DNA of 56,846 bases, counting the filler, from Platydemus manokwari (lineage: Eukaryota), in the NCBI GenBank assembly GCA_037951405.1. It is 5 parts of 5 records of this genome, joined end to end, with 100 filler letters (N's around TTAATTAATTAA, not from the genome) between each part and the next. Parts side by side here need not be neighbours in the genome. Positions count along the whole stretch, not along the records: positions 22,922 to 32,473 come from JBBMOY011233876.1; positions 32,574 to 46,340 come from JBBMOY011628070.1; 3 more parts are not named here. The stretch is one strand, 5' to 3'. Of the stretch, positions 23,001 to 37,100 are shown one piece after another. The notes under the pieces are model-generated. The model saw only the letters and a program-made list of their open reading frames with translations, made no database searches and was not told where the DNA came from. Numbering within the stretch: the first letter of the stretch is position 1; every line of letters begins with the position of its first letter. Made by a program: the position numbers and the translations under genes.

Positions 23001-26000
23001 CTTGTCGATATCTGATGAAATAATATCGCGATTCCTATGACGAATCTGGCATTTCAATTCATGTAGAAGAGCTGGATTTATTTGATCATTTCCGTCTATT
23101 TCATCTATTGGAAAAATCTGATCAACAATTTTCTTGAAAATATCCCGATCTTGAAAATGATTTGATATTTTTGGAATAATGATAGAATTGATCGATTGTT
23201 TTAATGCTCTAATGGGTTCATTATTGAACCAGTCTGCTAATTCTATTGCTTTCGGTATGAGCCTTTTAATCGATACCATTAAATGAGGTTGTAAACGGTG
23301 AATATCTTCTAATAGATTATCGATCAACGTTTCTAATTCGTTAGAGTTCGCCTCTTGACCGGCCATTATAAAGTATGGTTTGACGAGAAACTTGGTATCT
23401 ATTCCCACCATAAAATGTGTTCTCATTTGGCTCTATAATAAATATTGATCATAGTAATATCTATATTATAATATGATAATTATTGGTTTAACAGTGTTGT
23501 ATTGAGTTTCGTATTGATTGACTACTTTAATATTTAATAAGGTGGTGAGGATTTTAAGGTTTTGGTTGCCAGATGTTAGAAAACATAATCGGCTCGACAA
23601 ATCAAAGTCTACAATCGTATTGAGAATATTAAGAGAGAGAATCATTACAATTTGTCGACCAATATGCACATACCCAGTTTGAAGTTAATAAGACAATATC
23701 TACTTCAGTTCTTCATCAGCAAAGAGTAGTAAGCTTAATATCATATAAAATAATAGTGAGTACCTATATCCAGTTCGTATGTATATATAGAGAGAAAGAG
23801 AGACATAGAAAAAAAGAGAGCAAAGCTCGATAATCTTAAATTGATTTTGATCCAATATTGACAAAGAGCTCTCATAAATCACAATCTATTCAAGAAATTG
23901 TATCGCATTTGTCGTTTTGTTTATTGTTGTATAAAAGTAGTTTTTGTCAAACCTATTGTTATATATATTTGTATCTATCGGAATTGTTTTTGATTGAAAA
24001 AGTAAATTGGTGTCATCTAAATTATATCACATACTAATTGTGGTAGTGAAAGGAAAGAGGACAAAGTAATCGCCAAGTTATTTTTCTTAAAACTGTTACG
24101 TGTAATAATTTTAAAATGATGATGATTTTTTTTATAATAAGATTTTAAATGATTGTAGTAAAATAAAATTTCGTGTCGTATGGTAGGCAACATATGACTT
24201 CGTAAACTAGAAATGTAAAGATAAATAAAGAGAAAGCACTGAACGTATCAGTCTATTAATAACGATAATTTAATTGAATACTGCAGTTAAATATACTTTG
24301 TGTGTTGAACTATTTAATTTGTTTTTAATACGAATTTAATGAAATGGTAACAGTAGTCATGGTGACCTTGTTTACGAATTAGATTTTGAGAAGGTTAGTT
24401 ACTATTAAAAATTATAAAAGATTATGAATAAAAAATGCGATAAAAAGATAAAGAAAACATAGAAACGATAAAAGACATACAGAGAAGATAGATGATGTCA
24501 AGCAGTTAGAGAACATAGAAGCTGCAGAAAGATAAAAATTTCAATGACTAGAGAAAAGTATAATTCAATAACAAAATAGATAGAGAGAATCAAAGCATTT
24601 AAAGAAAGAGGGATGTGAGGGTGTGATGGTGGGATTTTAGAGATTTGATTTGTAACTGTAAAATAATTTAATTGTAGCTAACTATACTTTGTGTGTTGAA
24701 ATTCTTAATTTGTGTTTATCGAAATAAGAACATCTAACAAAGGCAGCCATATTCAACCATTCGAAAGAGAATTCTTTCCAACGAAATTATAATATACAAA
24801 GTTTTCAGCTATGATGTAGCTTTAATTATTCGATAACTGCATAAATCAATTAAAAAGATCAACATAAAAGCCATACTCTCAATGACATTGGAATCGATTG
24901 ATAATTAGAAGAATCCATTATTCCGGCAAACATACCAAATCCATATCGTACATCGATTAGTCTGTTATAAATACTAGTTTGTGAAACATAATGTACGCGA
25001 TACAGATAACTGGTTTGATTAGCTGCCATGTCACCTTCAACCCAATTTATTCCTTTATTTAATTTACTGTTCTGCAATTCTAAATGTTAAAGCCATAAAT
25101 AAATACCGAATATAAATACTAAGTGCTACCATAATAGAGTGATTGGATTACTCCAGATTCAGTTTTCGTCGTGTCAGGCCTATCGGATGATGGAACACAA
25201 TCTTTATCAATATTAAAGATCTCATCTCTGTCTTCCTTGAATAATCGACTGGGTGAAGATGACCGTCTAGTCTATAAATGCAAAGAGAAATTTCCCAAAT
25301 AAAACTCGATTGATAACAATGATCACAATTACCATTCTGAACTGTGGATTATCGGATAATTTTAATAGGAATTCATTATGTAATTTGTGGAGATCTTTGC
25401 TGAGTTGAGACATGTGAGATGGATTCATTTGATCTATCTTATCAACATACAACAAACTGCCAGACATCAGAGCTCCAATCATGTATTTTTCCAGCAAGCT
25501 CATTTCAACAAAACTATCCGAACAATGGACCACTAAATTTCTTCCCAGAATTTCAGATATGCTTTTCATAACCGAAATTCTGCTATCTGGTGTCCCAGCG
25601 ATTGCCGACACCTAAACGGTTTATTTTCTACTAATATTCACAACTCATAGACTAACCTCATAATTTCCAAGGCTCAATAACATGTTGATTTTAGCATGCT
25701 CACTAACAGGTGTTGTAACAAGATCACATTGGTCTATACTAATATATTCATAATCATATGATAATTCGGTGTTCAGGCATTCTATTTTCATATTTCTAGT
25801 AGCAACATCCTTACAAGCTCCATGCCAATTGCTTGTTTCAGAATCCAGATTATATTTTATAATGCTCTTATATGAGAATGAGTCTAATATGGGCTGACGA
25901 ATTTCTTGAAATTCTGCAAACACAAAACGGTATTTAAATATTCCACATAATGACATAATAAAGGAAAAAATAATATTGGATTGAAATCGTATCTTATTCG

Positions 26001-29000
26001 ATGATCATCAAAATATTAATGAAAATATGAAAATTCGATAACCATGTGTGACAGTTGTGGATTATTGTCATAGCAACTTCAACAATAATAGAACTACATG
26101 GCCATTCAGAAGTAACTCCATACTTTAAAATTTTATTAATTCTCCGTTGCTTTTATGTAAGATAGCGTCCCTCCAAATTTTCCTGTAATTGTTCACGAAT
26201 GACAGATCGAATATTTTTTTCTTTTTGTGTACCTTGATCTTGTAAAGAATTCGATTAGAGAAAATGAATTAAGGTCTATAAAGTAAAATGTAAAAGGATT
26301 CTCGAGTCTCGGAGAAAGTAAAATTCATCTTATCGAAACTGTAAAGTAGATATTATCGCTCATGGTGCCAGCAGTTATAAAATATATTATCTAACTCCAA
26401 ATAGGAAAATATGGACCATAATAACAAATGATTCACAGTCAAGAGATTACCTTCGAGTACATCAATATGTCGATCATTCAAGATCAGAAGATTTTGCATG
26501 GCCAATTTGATCCTTGATTTGTCCTTACTGTCAGTTTGGTACACTATCTTGTTGATATGACTTGCCAGATGGGTTTTCTTATAAATCAAATAAGATCTGA
26601 AATGAAAAGACCATAATAAGATCAGGTCCAATAAACATATACCGTAGCTGATGTAAATTTCGAGCTCCATCATTGAATGATACTCTCATCTGTTTTGTAA
26701 AATTTATCTTTTCCGTTAATAGCAACACTTGTAGGGGATATTTCATTAACCAGTTTTCGTAATTCTCAAAAATGTCATTTAATAACTCATCAGCTTGATT
26801 TCGGTGACCATCAGATATTTTTTGAGTTAACTGGATCGATATTACCATCAATTTAAATCTCGAAATCTAAAAATTCCCCATACTTGATCGATTTGTGTGA
26901 AAACTGTCGATTTGGTGTCCTCTGTCATAAATGCGCTGTCACTTGCTTTGTCGAGAGAATCATCAAATATTTGTTGAGCAACACAAGAGCTGATATACAA
27001 CTTCAGTGTTGATTTGAGAAAAAGTTCAAATTCTTTCAGCCACTGGCCGGCAACATTCATGGCTGGTAGGGGTTTAAGTAGTACTAGACTTTCATTGGTA
27101 ACACTCAAAACGGAAATGGCTTTTCTGTAATTGTTAGAAAACGTGTCTTGACAAAAGACAACATTTTCAATGGATGGAAAGCAAAGCTTTACAAATCGAT
27201 TAATCCTACTGATATCTTGTGATATCTCACAGCTCAACAATCGAATTATTTCATAATCAGGAATGAAATAAAGTCTGGGAAACAGATTTCGGGCATTGTC
27301 CAAGATATCATTGACGTCACAAATTATCGAATCCATAATTTCTATCAGCTGTTTCAGGATTTTCTTGAGATCGATATTTTCTTCCTCACTCTCAGACAGA
27401 AGTGCTCTGCCTAAAGGAATATGATGAAGAACAAGCGGTGAGAGTTTTAGTCCTGTAAGGATTGAAAGAAATTCTTTGTTGACGGTGATGAATTTTCCAG
27501 CTGATTCTAAATGGGCTTGGACGAAGAATTCTTCCTCAAAAACTCTTTCAAGGAACAGCCACTAAAGATAATACAATAATAAATCAAATAAATAGACAGA
27601 TTAAAGAAATAAAAAGATTTTTTAGATAAGAGCATTTTTAAATAAAGATCTTTACAAGGTAATAATCTAGAACTAATTAGGTTCTCAAGGAACATCAAGG
27701 AAAAGGCTAACAATTCAACTTCCGGTATAAGTACAATGTCCCAAATTGGTAAATGTAAGAAACGGTAATATTCAGTGGACATAATATTATACCAAAGAAA
27801 ATGACACATCAAACAAAAAAGTGACAAAAAATTTCAGATTCAGGAAGTCAGTGGAGAATAAAAATCCTCATGTGAGCGTCACAAGACAAACAATATTTAC
27901 CTTTATCTGGCATTCTTGTAGCATTCCCGTGACGTTCTGCAATTCTTCAAGAGCTTCTACTAATGCATTGTAGCGATCATCAGAATCTTTCTTCTCCCTC
28001 CTCGATTGGATCGAGATAATCGTATCAATGGTATCTTGATTTAGTTTGTTGAATTCTGAAACTAAATACATTTCCTTCCCGGTATTGTTGGTGATTGGCA
28101 ATCGACTTAGTCTGTCGAGATTATTCTTGATTTTAATGGACTCCTGGATATTATAATTCATAATCAATTCGACAAAACGGATCATCAGGAACCCACCTCA
28201 TATTGTTCAACATCTGATCGAACACGCATAATCGAAGGAGTATTCTGTCTCGAGACCATTTCCAATCGTTCTTCGTGCTGTTTTTTATAGCTATAATCTG
28301 GAATGTGAGGCACGAATTCAAACTCTCGACACATCCAGTATCGGAAATGATGTTCAAATTGCTTGTTGGCCTTGTCCTTTAGGGTTGCATCATTGTATAT
28401 AATATCGATTATTCTAGAAAATTGTCGAATATCAAAATCTATCAGCATTTGGACTGTCAATTCATCATAAGGATCGACAAAGGGTTGACCGATTTCAAGG
28501 AAAAATTGCTGCCAATGTTGTAACTAAAACTATTATTAATATTGGCAGATAATGATCGAAACCAAACCGTAAATATCGGAGATGATAATTGACTGAAAAA
28601 CGGTAAATAGCTACTAAATTCGTTAACGTATTCCTTCACCAAATGAACGATAGCAGTCCTACAATTTCTATCGTCTAGTGACACCGATATTTGTTGAAGC
28701 CAGTCGAGAATAATTTCAGCTGCTTGTGTAGGATTGAACTGGATCGATATAAAATATAAAAAATGATAAGGTAAAAAGGTAACATTAATAAACCTTTGAA
28801 AATAACGATGTTTTCCATTGGTGTAATTGTTGTTTGACATCTTGCAAGAGTTGCCAGTTGGAATGGATCAAACCCACCAGTGCAACAATACGATCCACGT
28901 CGATAGTTCTTGCAAGCTCCTCATTGGCTACAGATTGATAGCTCGAAAATAACATGTCAAGTTCAACTTTGATGGTGCTTATTTCCTGTCGAATCTGAAA

Positions 29001-31185
29001 TTATAATCAATAATAATAATAATACGATTAAATCTAAAAGTAAACTACTTATCCTGGAAAGGGGGGATCAAAAAACACATTGAAAAAAAATTGAATAAAA
29101 GGAAACAAATCCAATGAGGATTAAATTAGGGGTTTTGAAGTGTCGAGAACAAGAAATGCGAATATTACCCAATGATGAAATGAAAGCAAGTCTTACATTT
29201 ATAACTTCTTCCAGGATTACTTGTACGGGATCAGATATATTGGAATATCTTTCTATCAAAATCTTTTCTTCAATGAGTGTTGCCTTTTCTTGCAAGATCT
29301 TAATTGATAAATGAAATTGAAAAATAATCCAACATAAACCAAATATCCAGTGTAATAATAAATGTAAATAAGGCTGGGATAAATAGAGGTATTACATGCT
29401 ATTAGATATATATGATGTGTGTATATGTATTATAACAGTGATGGAATATGAGTGATTATTTGGAATATAGTTGTAGAATGATTTTGGAATAAGAAACATT
29501 TATATATGTTATTATAAAATATCTGTGGATTAGATAATGAAATATACAATAAAATGTCGGTTGAAGCCGAAATCAAATAAAACCAAATAAAAATTATTAT
29601 TGATATAAACGGTGATTTGAATTAGAATAATCCATTCTGAAATAATAAATTGATTAATTTTAATAGTTTATTGATTAATAATCACTTTTATTGAAATTTC
29701 ATAATTAATCAATAATATGATAAAAATTAAATAATCGATATTGATTAATAAATTAATTAATATTAATAAATAATAATGATAATATTATTATATGATATTT
29801 GTGAAAAATATATATTGATCTAAACCCAAAATAAAATTACAACAAATATTCATAGCCAAGCGATAACTGCACGAGACACATGCTGTTTATCTGGTGTCCT
29901 TTTATTTTCTTACCCAGTTTTGATGTGCTAGCCTAATATACCAGTGTTTATTAATGCCAATATAAGCACATTGCTGACTCAGTGTCATTTGATTAATTTT
30001 ACGAAATCGGTTTATGAAACATAAGTTTATTTTACGTTTTTTGAATTTATTTTAGGAAAAAATGAAAAAAATCGAATTAAATGCCAGTGGGATTGAGTTC
30101 AACAATGGACGTGAATCATTAAATATTGTTGATTCGAAATCCAATCCAATTCTGAAATCCAAGTAGAAATCAATACAGTGAGTCACTGTTATTTTATAAA
30201 GCTAGCATTGAAAACGAACTGAAAAATGACGAAACCAAATTATATTTGGATTATAAGTATTTAGAAAAATTATTTTTTCATTAAAATCTGATTTAAAAAT
30301 TTTTCAGATTTAAATTTATTATAAATTCCTACAAATAGGGGATTCTGTATCGGTGGAATATTTTATGGAATAATTCAATGGCTCAATAAACAGGAACGTA
30401 TAATAATATTTTTAATATAATATAATTATAATGATTAGCAAAAATAATAATAATATAGTTATAATTACAATGATTAGTAATAATAATAGTAATAATATTA
30501 TTATTAATAATAATAAACATAATGATAACATTAACAATAACAAAAATAATTAAAAAATTATCTTTAATATTATTTCCCCAATCGTTGTTTTCTTACATCC
30601 TGGCCAATCATAAAACACATCACTGACTTGTAGTAAATTAAAAATATCGAATAATCTGTTATATCTGTTATAATCTATTATTTTGAAACTAAAGATAGCA
30701 AACAGCAGGAAACATATATTTTCAATTTAATAATTGCCGTAATTAATGATCTCGAAAATTAAATCGGGTGAGGGTTATTTATTTATAATAAATTGGTGAG
30801 TAGAACAGTGAAATTATTGATGACATGGGANNNNNNNNNNNNNNNNNNNNNNNNNNNNNNNNNNNNNNNNNNNNNNNNNNNNNNNNNNNNNNNNNNNNNN
30901 NNNNNNNNNNNNNNNNNNNNNNNNNNNNNNNNNNNNNNNNNNNNNNNNNNNNNNNNNNNATTATTCCCAGAATCATATTTTGCCTTTGATCGTTCACATA
31001 ATCATTGGCGTCTTCTAATTGGAATAAAAACGATTCCCACAGTGTCAGCACCTCGTCCTCCATTATTTTGTCTTTATCATCTATGGGTTTTCCTGATGTT
31101 CTCAATACCTATATACATATTAATAATATCATTTAATATTATTATTACCATGATATTAATAATAATATAAATAATAATAAAGATA

Positions 31186-31227
<42 letters not shown>

Positions 31228-32330
31228 TCAAGCTAACATCAAACATTGATTTGATATAATCAACTGATTTCTGAAAGGCTGAATGGTTATCTCTGCAAAA
31301 ACCGATATGATCCGCAACTCTTGAAAAGGATTCGAAATCGGAACTTTTCGACTGAAGTATCTGAATGTCAAAATATACATCAATTCTAGCATTCTAATTT
31401 CTGTGTTAGTGTTTTTGAAAAAATTCCAGAAATATAATTTTAAATGAGAACAAGTGCTTTATTGTTTCATCGAATCCATCCCTATGACAACTCGCTTTAT
31501 ATTCATTTAATACTACCCGATTATTCAATGATTTACTGGTCGAAAATATATTTTGAATATATTTTCTAACATATCTTATACCCTACATATATGGCTAGAC
31601 TTATCACGATACAGAGACTGATAGTAAACGCTATAATTTTGTCATGAATTTGTAAAACACCCACTTCCAATTCACCACCGACAGTTCCAATAAATTCCAT
31701 GGCCCGTTTTCGAACGAGATCCAAAACGAATTCCAAGATAGATTGTAGCTCAAATTCCATTTCTGATAACAACTCCTCGGTGACTGATTCGAAATGAACG
31801 AGAAATATTTTGTTTGGCAAGGCCACTGTTCGTTCTATCGATTCAAGTTCATGAATGAAGCCTTTCAATTTGATCATTCTTTGCTATGAAATAAATAATT
31901 TGGAACCACATCAAATACAATCTTTACCTCGAAAATATAAGGCGATTGATCAATCCAATCAGATAACATATCCGTTTTGGACCATTCCAGATATTCTAAT
32001 CGGATCTCAATCAGCCAATTGTACTCCAAACACAAGGATTTCATTTCGTCTTCAGTCTCCCTGAACAGCTCATTGAATCCAGCAATCAAGTTCTGATAGA
32101 AGGAACTGAAGGTGAAGATATTTGTGATATTTTATTTCAAGAAATGGAATTGCAAACTTCATTTTCAAAGTTTCGAAAACATCGTTTGTAGTCAGTGGTG
32201 TGAATTTGGCAGGAATGGCACGGCCGATTAATTTCAGCGATGGTTGCGTGAAAATATTGGGATTTACTTTTGGAGGTGTGGCCACACGTAAATCATCATC
32301 GGACTTTTTCGGAAGATCTTTTTTCAAAAT
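23001..32330 (-). CDS. Dynein heavy chain-like (DNHD1-like) gene, partial: tail, linker and degenerate AAA1 with lid, many exons with short introns
   Basis: Motifs appear in dynein order: ARNLFPRLYFIPDYEIIRLLS, RFVKLCFPSI, WLKEFE, KYPLQVLLL, SYDYEYI..LVTTP, LGRNLVVHCSD, SGSLLYVD, IPMSLR, IIPKI..QDRDIFKKIVDQIFP. The introns I checked (near 25612-25656 and 26597-26642) are GT-AG and restore the frame. Both gene ends abut gaps. Confidence 0.88.
24214..24739 (+). mobile_element. Second, decayed TRIM-like element in a dynein-like gene intron
   Basis: Two direct repeats share TATACTTTGTGTGTTGAA..TTAATTTGT and end in TAACA (24352, 24739). TGGTGACC is PBS-like at 24360, the interior is purine-rich, and PPT AAAGAAAGAGGGA precedes TGT at 24614. 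No TSD found and the left end is uncertain. Confidence 0.65.
31160..31228. repeat. (AAT)n microsatellite, intronic
   Basis: Directly visible. Confidence 0.9.
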
Positions 32331-32403
32331 AAAACTTTATCAAACTATTAAAAAATGATATCGATTTATTGATAATATTAGTAGGAAGCTTATTGATTTT
32401 TAA

Positions 32404-32473
32404 TATTAGGCTGAGTCAAAAGTTATTCATGTTTTTTAGTTGTTTAAAGTTTTTGTTTTACCAAATCATTTAA
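32404..32473 (+). mobile_element. Mariner/Tc1-type end, second copy, truncated by a gap
   Basis: Near-identical to 9335-9405. Confidence 0.6.
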
Positions 32474-32719
32474 NNNNNNNNNNNNNNNNNNNNNNNNNNN
32501 NNNNNNNNNNNNNNNNNTTAATTAATTAANNNNNNNNNNNNNNNNNNNNNNNNNNNNNNNNNNNNNNNNNNNNATATTTGAATAAACTGAATTGTGAAAA
32601 AAAATGATGTTAATTAAATGGTGAAGTGAAAATATAAATTATTTGAGAATCAAATAAATTATTATTTTAAGTTATGTCATAAGCACATTCAGGCACAATA
32701 TTTATTTGAAAAATCTACA

Positions 32720-35670
32720 TACCTTCTCTCCCACCTGAAAAGCTCGATGTGTTCTTTTTACCCTGTCTCGGTTAGACATTATGTCGACTGCTACCTTTCT
32801 CTAGCTGCTGCTGCAATATCATCTCGAGTTTGATTCTTGTGGCTCACATCTGTATGAACATTGATCTTCCGTCCGTAGATTATCTCGAAAGACGACAACT
32901 TCGTTGTTGATTGATGTGTTGCCTTGATTCAGAACTCTAACCTTGGCAACAATTCAGCACATTTTTTCTCAGGACTCTTACCCTTTACTGTAGTTGTTAG
33001 CATATCTCGTACCGTCCTGATAACGCTTTCCACCATCCCGTTCGATTGATGCTGGTATGATGAGCTGAATTCATTTTTGATACCCAATTTTGAACACGTC
33101 CCTCTCATAAATTTACCTCCAAATTGTTTCCCGTTATCAGATTGAATGCTCTTTGGCTTTCCAAAACGATAAATCCACAAGTTTAAGACGACCTGGAAGA
33201 TTGTCTTTTTGTCTAGCTTAGATGTAGCAGTGAGGCTCACGGGTTTTCTGAATCTTTCGATAAGGACTACTAGGTACTTCTTGTTACTATGCATTGTGTC
33301 CATTTGTGCAATGTTAACCATGATATTCTCTTGAAACTCAGAGTCTAACCGAGACAGCAGAAATTCCTTTGTTCTGGATTGATCAATCTTTCTCTTTGTA
33401 CATATGATACATTCTTTTAGTATCTCTTTGATGGTGTTGAACATGTCTGGCCAATAAAAACTGCGAAGGTTTTCTTCGAGCCTAAGTGGAGAGCTCCTCG
33501 TGAATTGTTTTGACAAATTAAGCGGCAAAATCATTCGGTATTATAGCATGTAAACCTTTATCTTTCTCCAGCATCAGCTTATTGTCGATCACTTTCAGCT
33601 TATCTTTTATTCTAGTGCTAGTTAGAGTTATTTAAAAATTTAGAAATCTGAATATTTCTGCATCTTTATGCTGTGCTTCCTGTATTTTTCGCATTATCTC
33701 GGACTTTATTTGTATTTGAGCTAAAAATTTGGTTTTCGGCTTTTCCGTCTTTGCTTCATCATGTCTCGTCTTGCACTGCGAACATAGTGTCTCGTTGATC
33801 CTAGACAATCCATCTTCGTTGCTATCATTTTTTCCTTTTCTGTATCTTAAATAGAAATCGTATTCTGACAGCGCCACCATCCATGTTTGAAATTGAGGAC
33901 TGATCAATTTTTGTGTCGAGTTCAAAAATACTAGGGCTTTGTTATCGATCCTCACGTTGAATTTCTTCCCGTACAAGTATTGTCTAAAATAAATAACTTA
34001 CTCGTGGATAGCAAGCAGTTCTTTCCTGGTAACACAGTAACCAGTCTCGTGACTAGTCAGTAATCAAGTACAAGTATCTTGTTTTCTCTTAGGTAATCAA
34101 AAATTGGTGCTTCACACAGTGCCGACTTTAGCTTCAAAAACTTGTTTGACACGATTCTGACCGTTGTAATTCCTTATCTCCACCTACGGTTGCGATGTTA
34201 AGTAGAGCAGCTAATAAAACATAATCCGTGATGAATTGCCTGTAATAGTTTGTCAGTTCTAAAAATGATCGCAGTTTGCTGGTACGCTGTGGTACTGGGG
34301 CATCTCGTATAGGTTTGATTTTGACGTATTTTGTCTGTATGCACTTGGCACTGAATGTGTGGCCTAAAAACCTTACTTCATCTTTTGATAAACGTACATT
34401 TTCCCGAATTCACTTTTAGACCGGACTTTTGAATTCGTCAAAACACGCCTTTCAGTAGCTCGTCATGCTCTTACTCAGTTATTCCGTATATTAAAACATC
34501 ATCCAAATATACCACAATGCCTTTAAAGATCAATTCATCCAACAGCTAGTGCATTAGTTTTTGAAAGGTTGCTGGTGCTGTAGCTAGTCCAAACGGGAGT
34601 CTGTTGAAGCAGTATTTACCGGTTCTCGTGCTAATAGCTGTGCAATCTTGGGATCCCGGACTCCGTTCTACTTGGTAATAAACCTGTCGTAAATCTATCA
34701 AGGAGAAATATTTAGCATCCGCCAAACATTCTAGAAATTGCTGGATATCAGGCATGGGGAAACTAAATTTTTCTGTCACTCCATTGAGTATTCAATAATC
34801 CACACACATTTGCATCTATCCATCCTTTTTTCCTACGATGACCAATGGTGACGAATCGATTGTGGCCACCTCTTTTAGCTGAATCCCGAATGCATTCATC
34901 GTTTCAACACTTCTAATGAAATTGGGACAAATACTTTTTGCTATAACAACCTTAATTTTTATTTTTCTTTCCTTTCCACTTGGCAATCACATCTGAATAA
35001 CCCAGAGGGCGATCGGTATCCGATGAAAACACTCCATTAAGCGTAATAAAACTATCTTGCAATTTTAGGCTTCCCACTTCCTTCCAATTGTCCTCGCTCA
35101 TCACTGTGGTAGACCTTCCCGAATTCCACAACAACTCTACATCAGCTCCGTTGATCAACTCTTTACTCCACACCTTAGCGTCGTCCATCTTAAAAATCTC
35201 TTCACGTCTGGTTCCATTTCAAATTTTTTTGTTATCTTTTGATTCAACCCCATCGACGAAATGTATACGACAGAGTTATTGTGGTTTTTGTGATCTCCTA
35301 CCTTGTGGGTTTTCAATTGGATCAAAATGCTCCTCGATCTCATCCTGAATACATAAAATTCTAACTTCTACTCTGTGTCTTGTACCTCGTATTAGATGAC
35401 ATGATCTGAAATTATGGCTTTTTTGTCCGATTATTAAACATTTGTGACTTAGTGGACACTGGTTTCTGTAGTGTCCGCGTTCTCCACAGCAGAAGCAATT
35501 ATGTTCACGCAAGCGTTCTTCTTTGAGGTTTGGCATGCCTTGACACTTATCGTAAAGTTTCTTGACCATGTATTTCATCGAATACACTGGTCTTTCTCTA
35601 CCTGAAGTGAACTTCTGTTCTGATGTTATTGGGATGAGGTGGTTTATAATTACTGGACATGATGGCGTCG
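32720..35670 (-). mobile_element. Degenerate Ty3/Gypsy gag-pol (zinc knuckle, PR, RT, RNase H, IN)
   Basis: CFCCGERGHYRNQC knuckle, LWNSG (decayed LDSG protease site), FPMPDI..YFSLIDL..LPFGLATAPATFQ and YLDD (RT), KELLA..YGKKFNVRIDNKAL (RNase H), FYWPDM..CIIC..SDNGKQF..HQSNGMVE (integrase), in RT-RH-IN order. Many stops and frameshifts, LTRs not identified. Confidence 0.93.
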
Positions 35671-35879
35671 CAACTATTGATTTATCGAAATAATCAATTT
35701 TGAAAATTTAAAATATATCTCAGATATTATCTAACAAAAATAATAATTAAGATAATTATAATATTATTACAAAGTAATAAACATCGGTGGTTTCCATCAA
35801 AATATATATTTAAAAGTCACACATTTTTTGTTAAATATTTAAATAAATCTAAGATTTGTCTAACTTTACGGTCAGTTGT

Positions 35880-36992
35880 TTTTGATATCTTTTTTAGCCA
35901 CTCAATTCTTCGATATTTAGGCTGACCCTGTTACTCCGTCACTAGCGTCTGTATCTAAAATAATCTCTTTGTTTGGATCCTGAAAAGCCAAAATCGGAGC
36001 CATGCATAACTATTATTTTAGGTTTCCAAAACTTTCCTCACACCCTGTAGTCCACTCGAATTTCTTTTCAAAACCAGTCATCATCGCATTTAACAAATCA
36101 GTAATTTATGCGTAGTCTTTAATAAATCATCTGTAATAATTACATAATTATTCGAAAGACCTCAACTGGATTATGTAACCCGGGCTTTATTGCTTTTGTA
36201 AACTTTTTTACTTTGTTATTAGTTTCTATACCTTCTGCACTAAACGTATGGCCCAAGAAATTCAACTTTCTAGAGCCAAAATTTTTGGAATTGGTTTCTA
36301 AACCTGATGATTTAAAAAAACCTGAAAACCTTGTCCAGTTTCTCATTGTGTTTCTCTACTGTTCTTCCATAGACTAAAATATCATCCAGATAAACAAGAA
36401 CATCATTGTAAATCATATCCTTGAATATTGCATTGATTAGACTCTAAAAGGTTGCTGATGCAGTACATAATCCAAAAAATAATGTCTTAAAATAGATATG
36501 TCCGGTTATAGTGCTTAATGCTGTTTTCATTTTAGAATCCATTTCTTGCTATTAAGACCTTGCAGAATAAATAGTCTTGATATTTCTTCAATAGTGTTTT
36601 TCTTGTCAAATACCTCTGTCAATAGCTTCTTTTCCAGAAGTTCAAAACTATGGAATTTTTCATCTGGTCTTTGTTGCATTGCTGCAAAATCCGGAACCTT
36701 GTCGTACACTGTTTTGGTATTTAAAAATGTTTCTAAAAACCATTTTCCAATCTCTTCATTTGACAGAGCTTCATTAAAACTGCTGAATTGCCACAGTTGT
36801 TTGGCGTCTTATTGCAACAGTATGTCAAATGAAAATGATAGTTCCATTTGGAACCATTTATCAGCATTTTGGATTGATAAATCGAAACACGATTGCTTCG
36901 GAATCAAAAAAATCTTGAATTTTTATGGCATATTCGCAAAAGATTTTTTTATTTCGACGTTGTCGTCAGTAGAAACATCACTTGTTTCCATG
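35880..36992 (-). mobile_element. Second, internally deleted Gypsy relic (gag-like region joined to an RT/RNase H fragment)
   Basis: gag-like ..MQQRPDEKFHSF.. is followed directly by KTALST..FGLCTASATF, VYLDDILVYG, KLNFLGHTFSAEGI, FEWTTGCEESF and APILAF.DP..LDTDAS. Confidence 0.8.
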
Positions 36993-37100
36993 AAAGTTTT
37001 TATTTAAGAATCACATAAGTTTCTTGAATATTTATGCAAATCTAAGAATTATGTGAATTACAATATTATTTTAATTATCGCTAAGTATAAATTATAACTA

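Noticed and set aside
26353-28840. Overlapping ORFs suggesting programmed frameshifting or a variant genetic code
   Set aside because: The junctions checked are explained by short canonical GT-AG introns.
36546-37007. 153-aa plus-strand ORF
   Set aside because: Antisense shadow of the gag-like relic.
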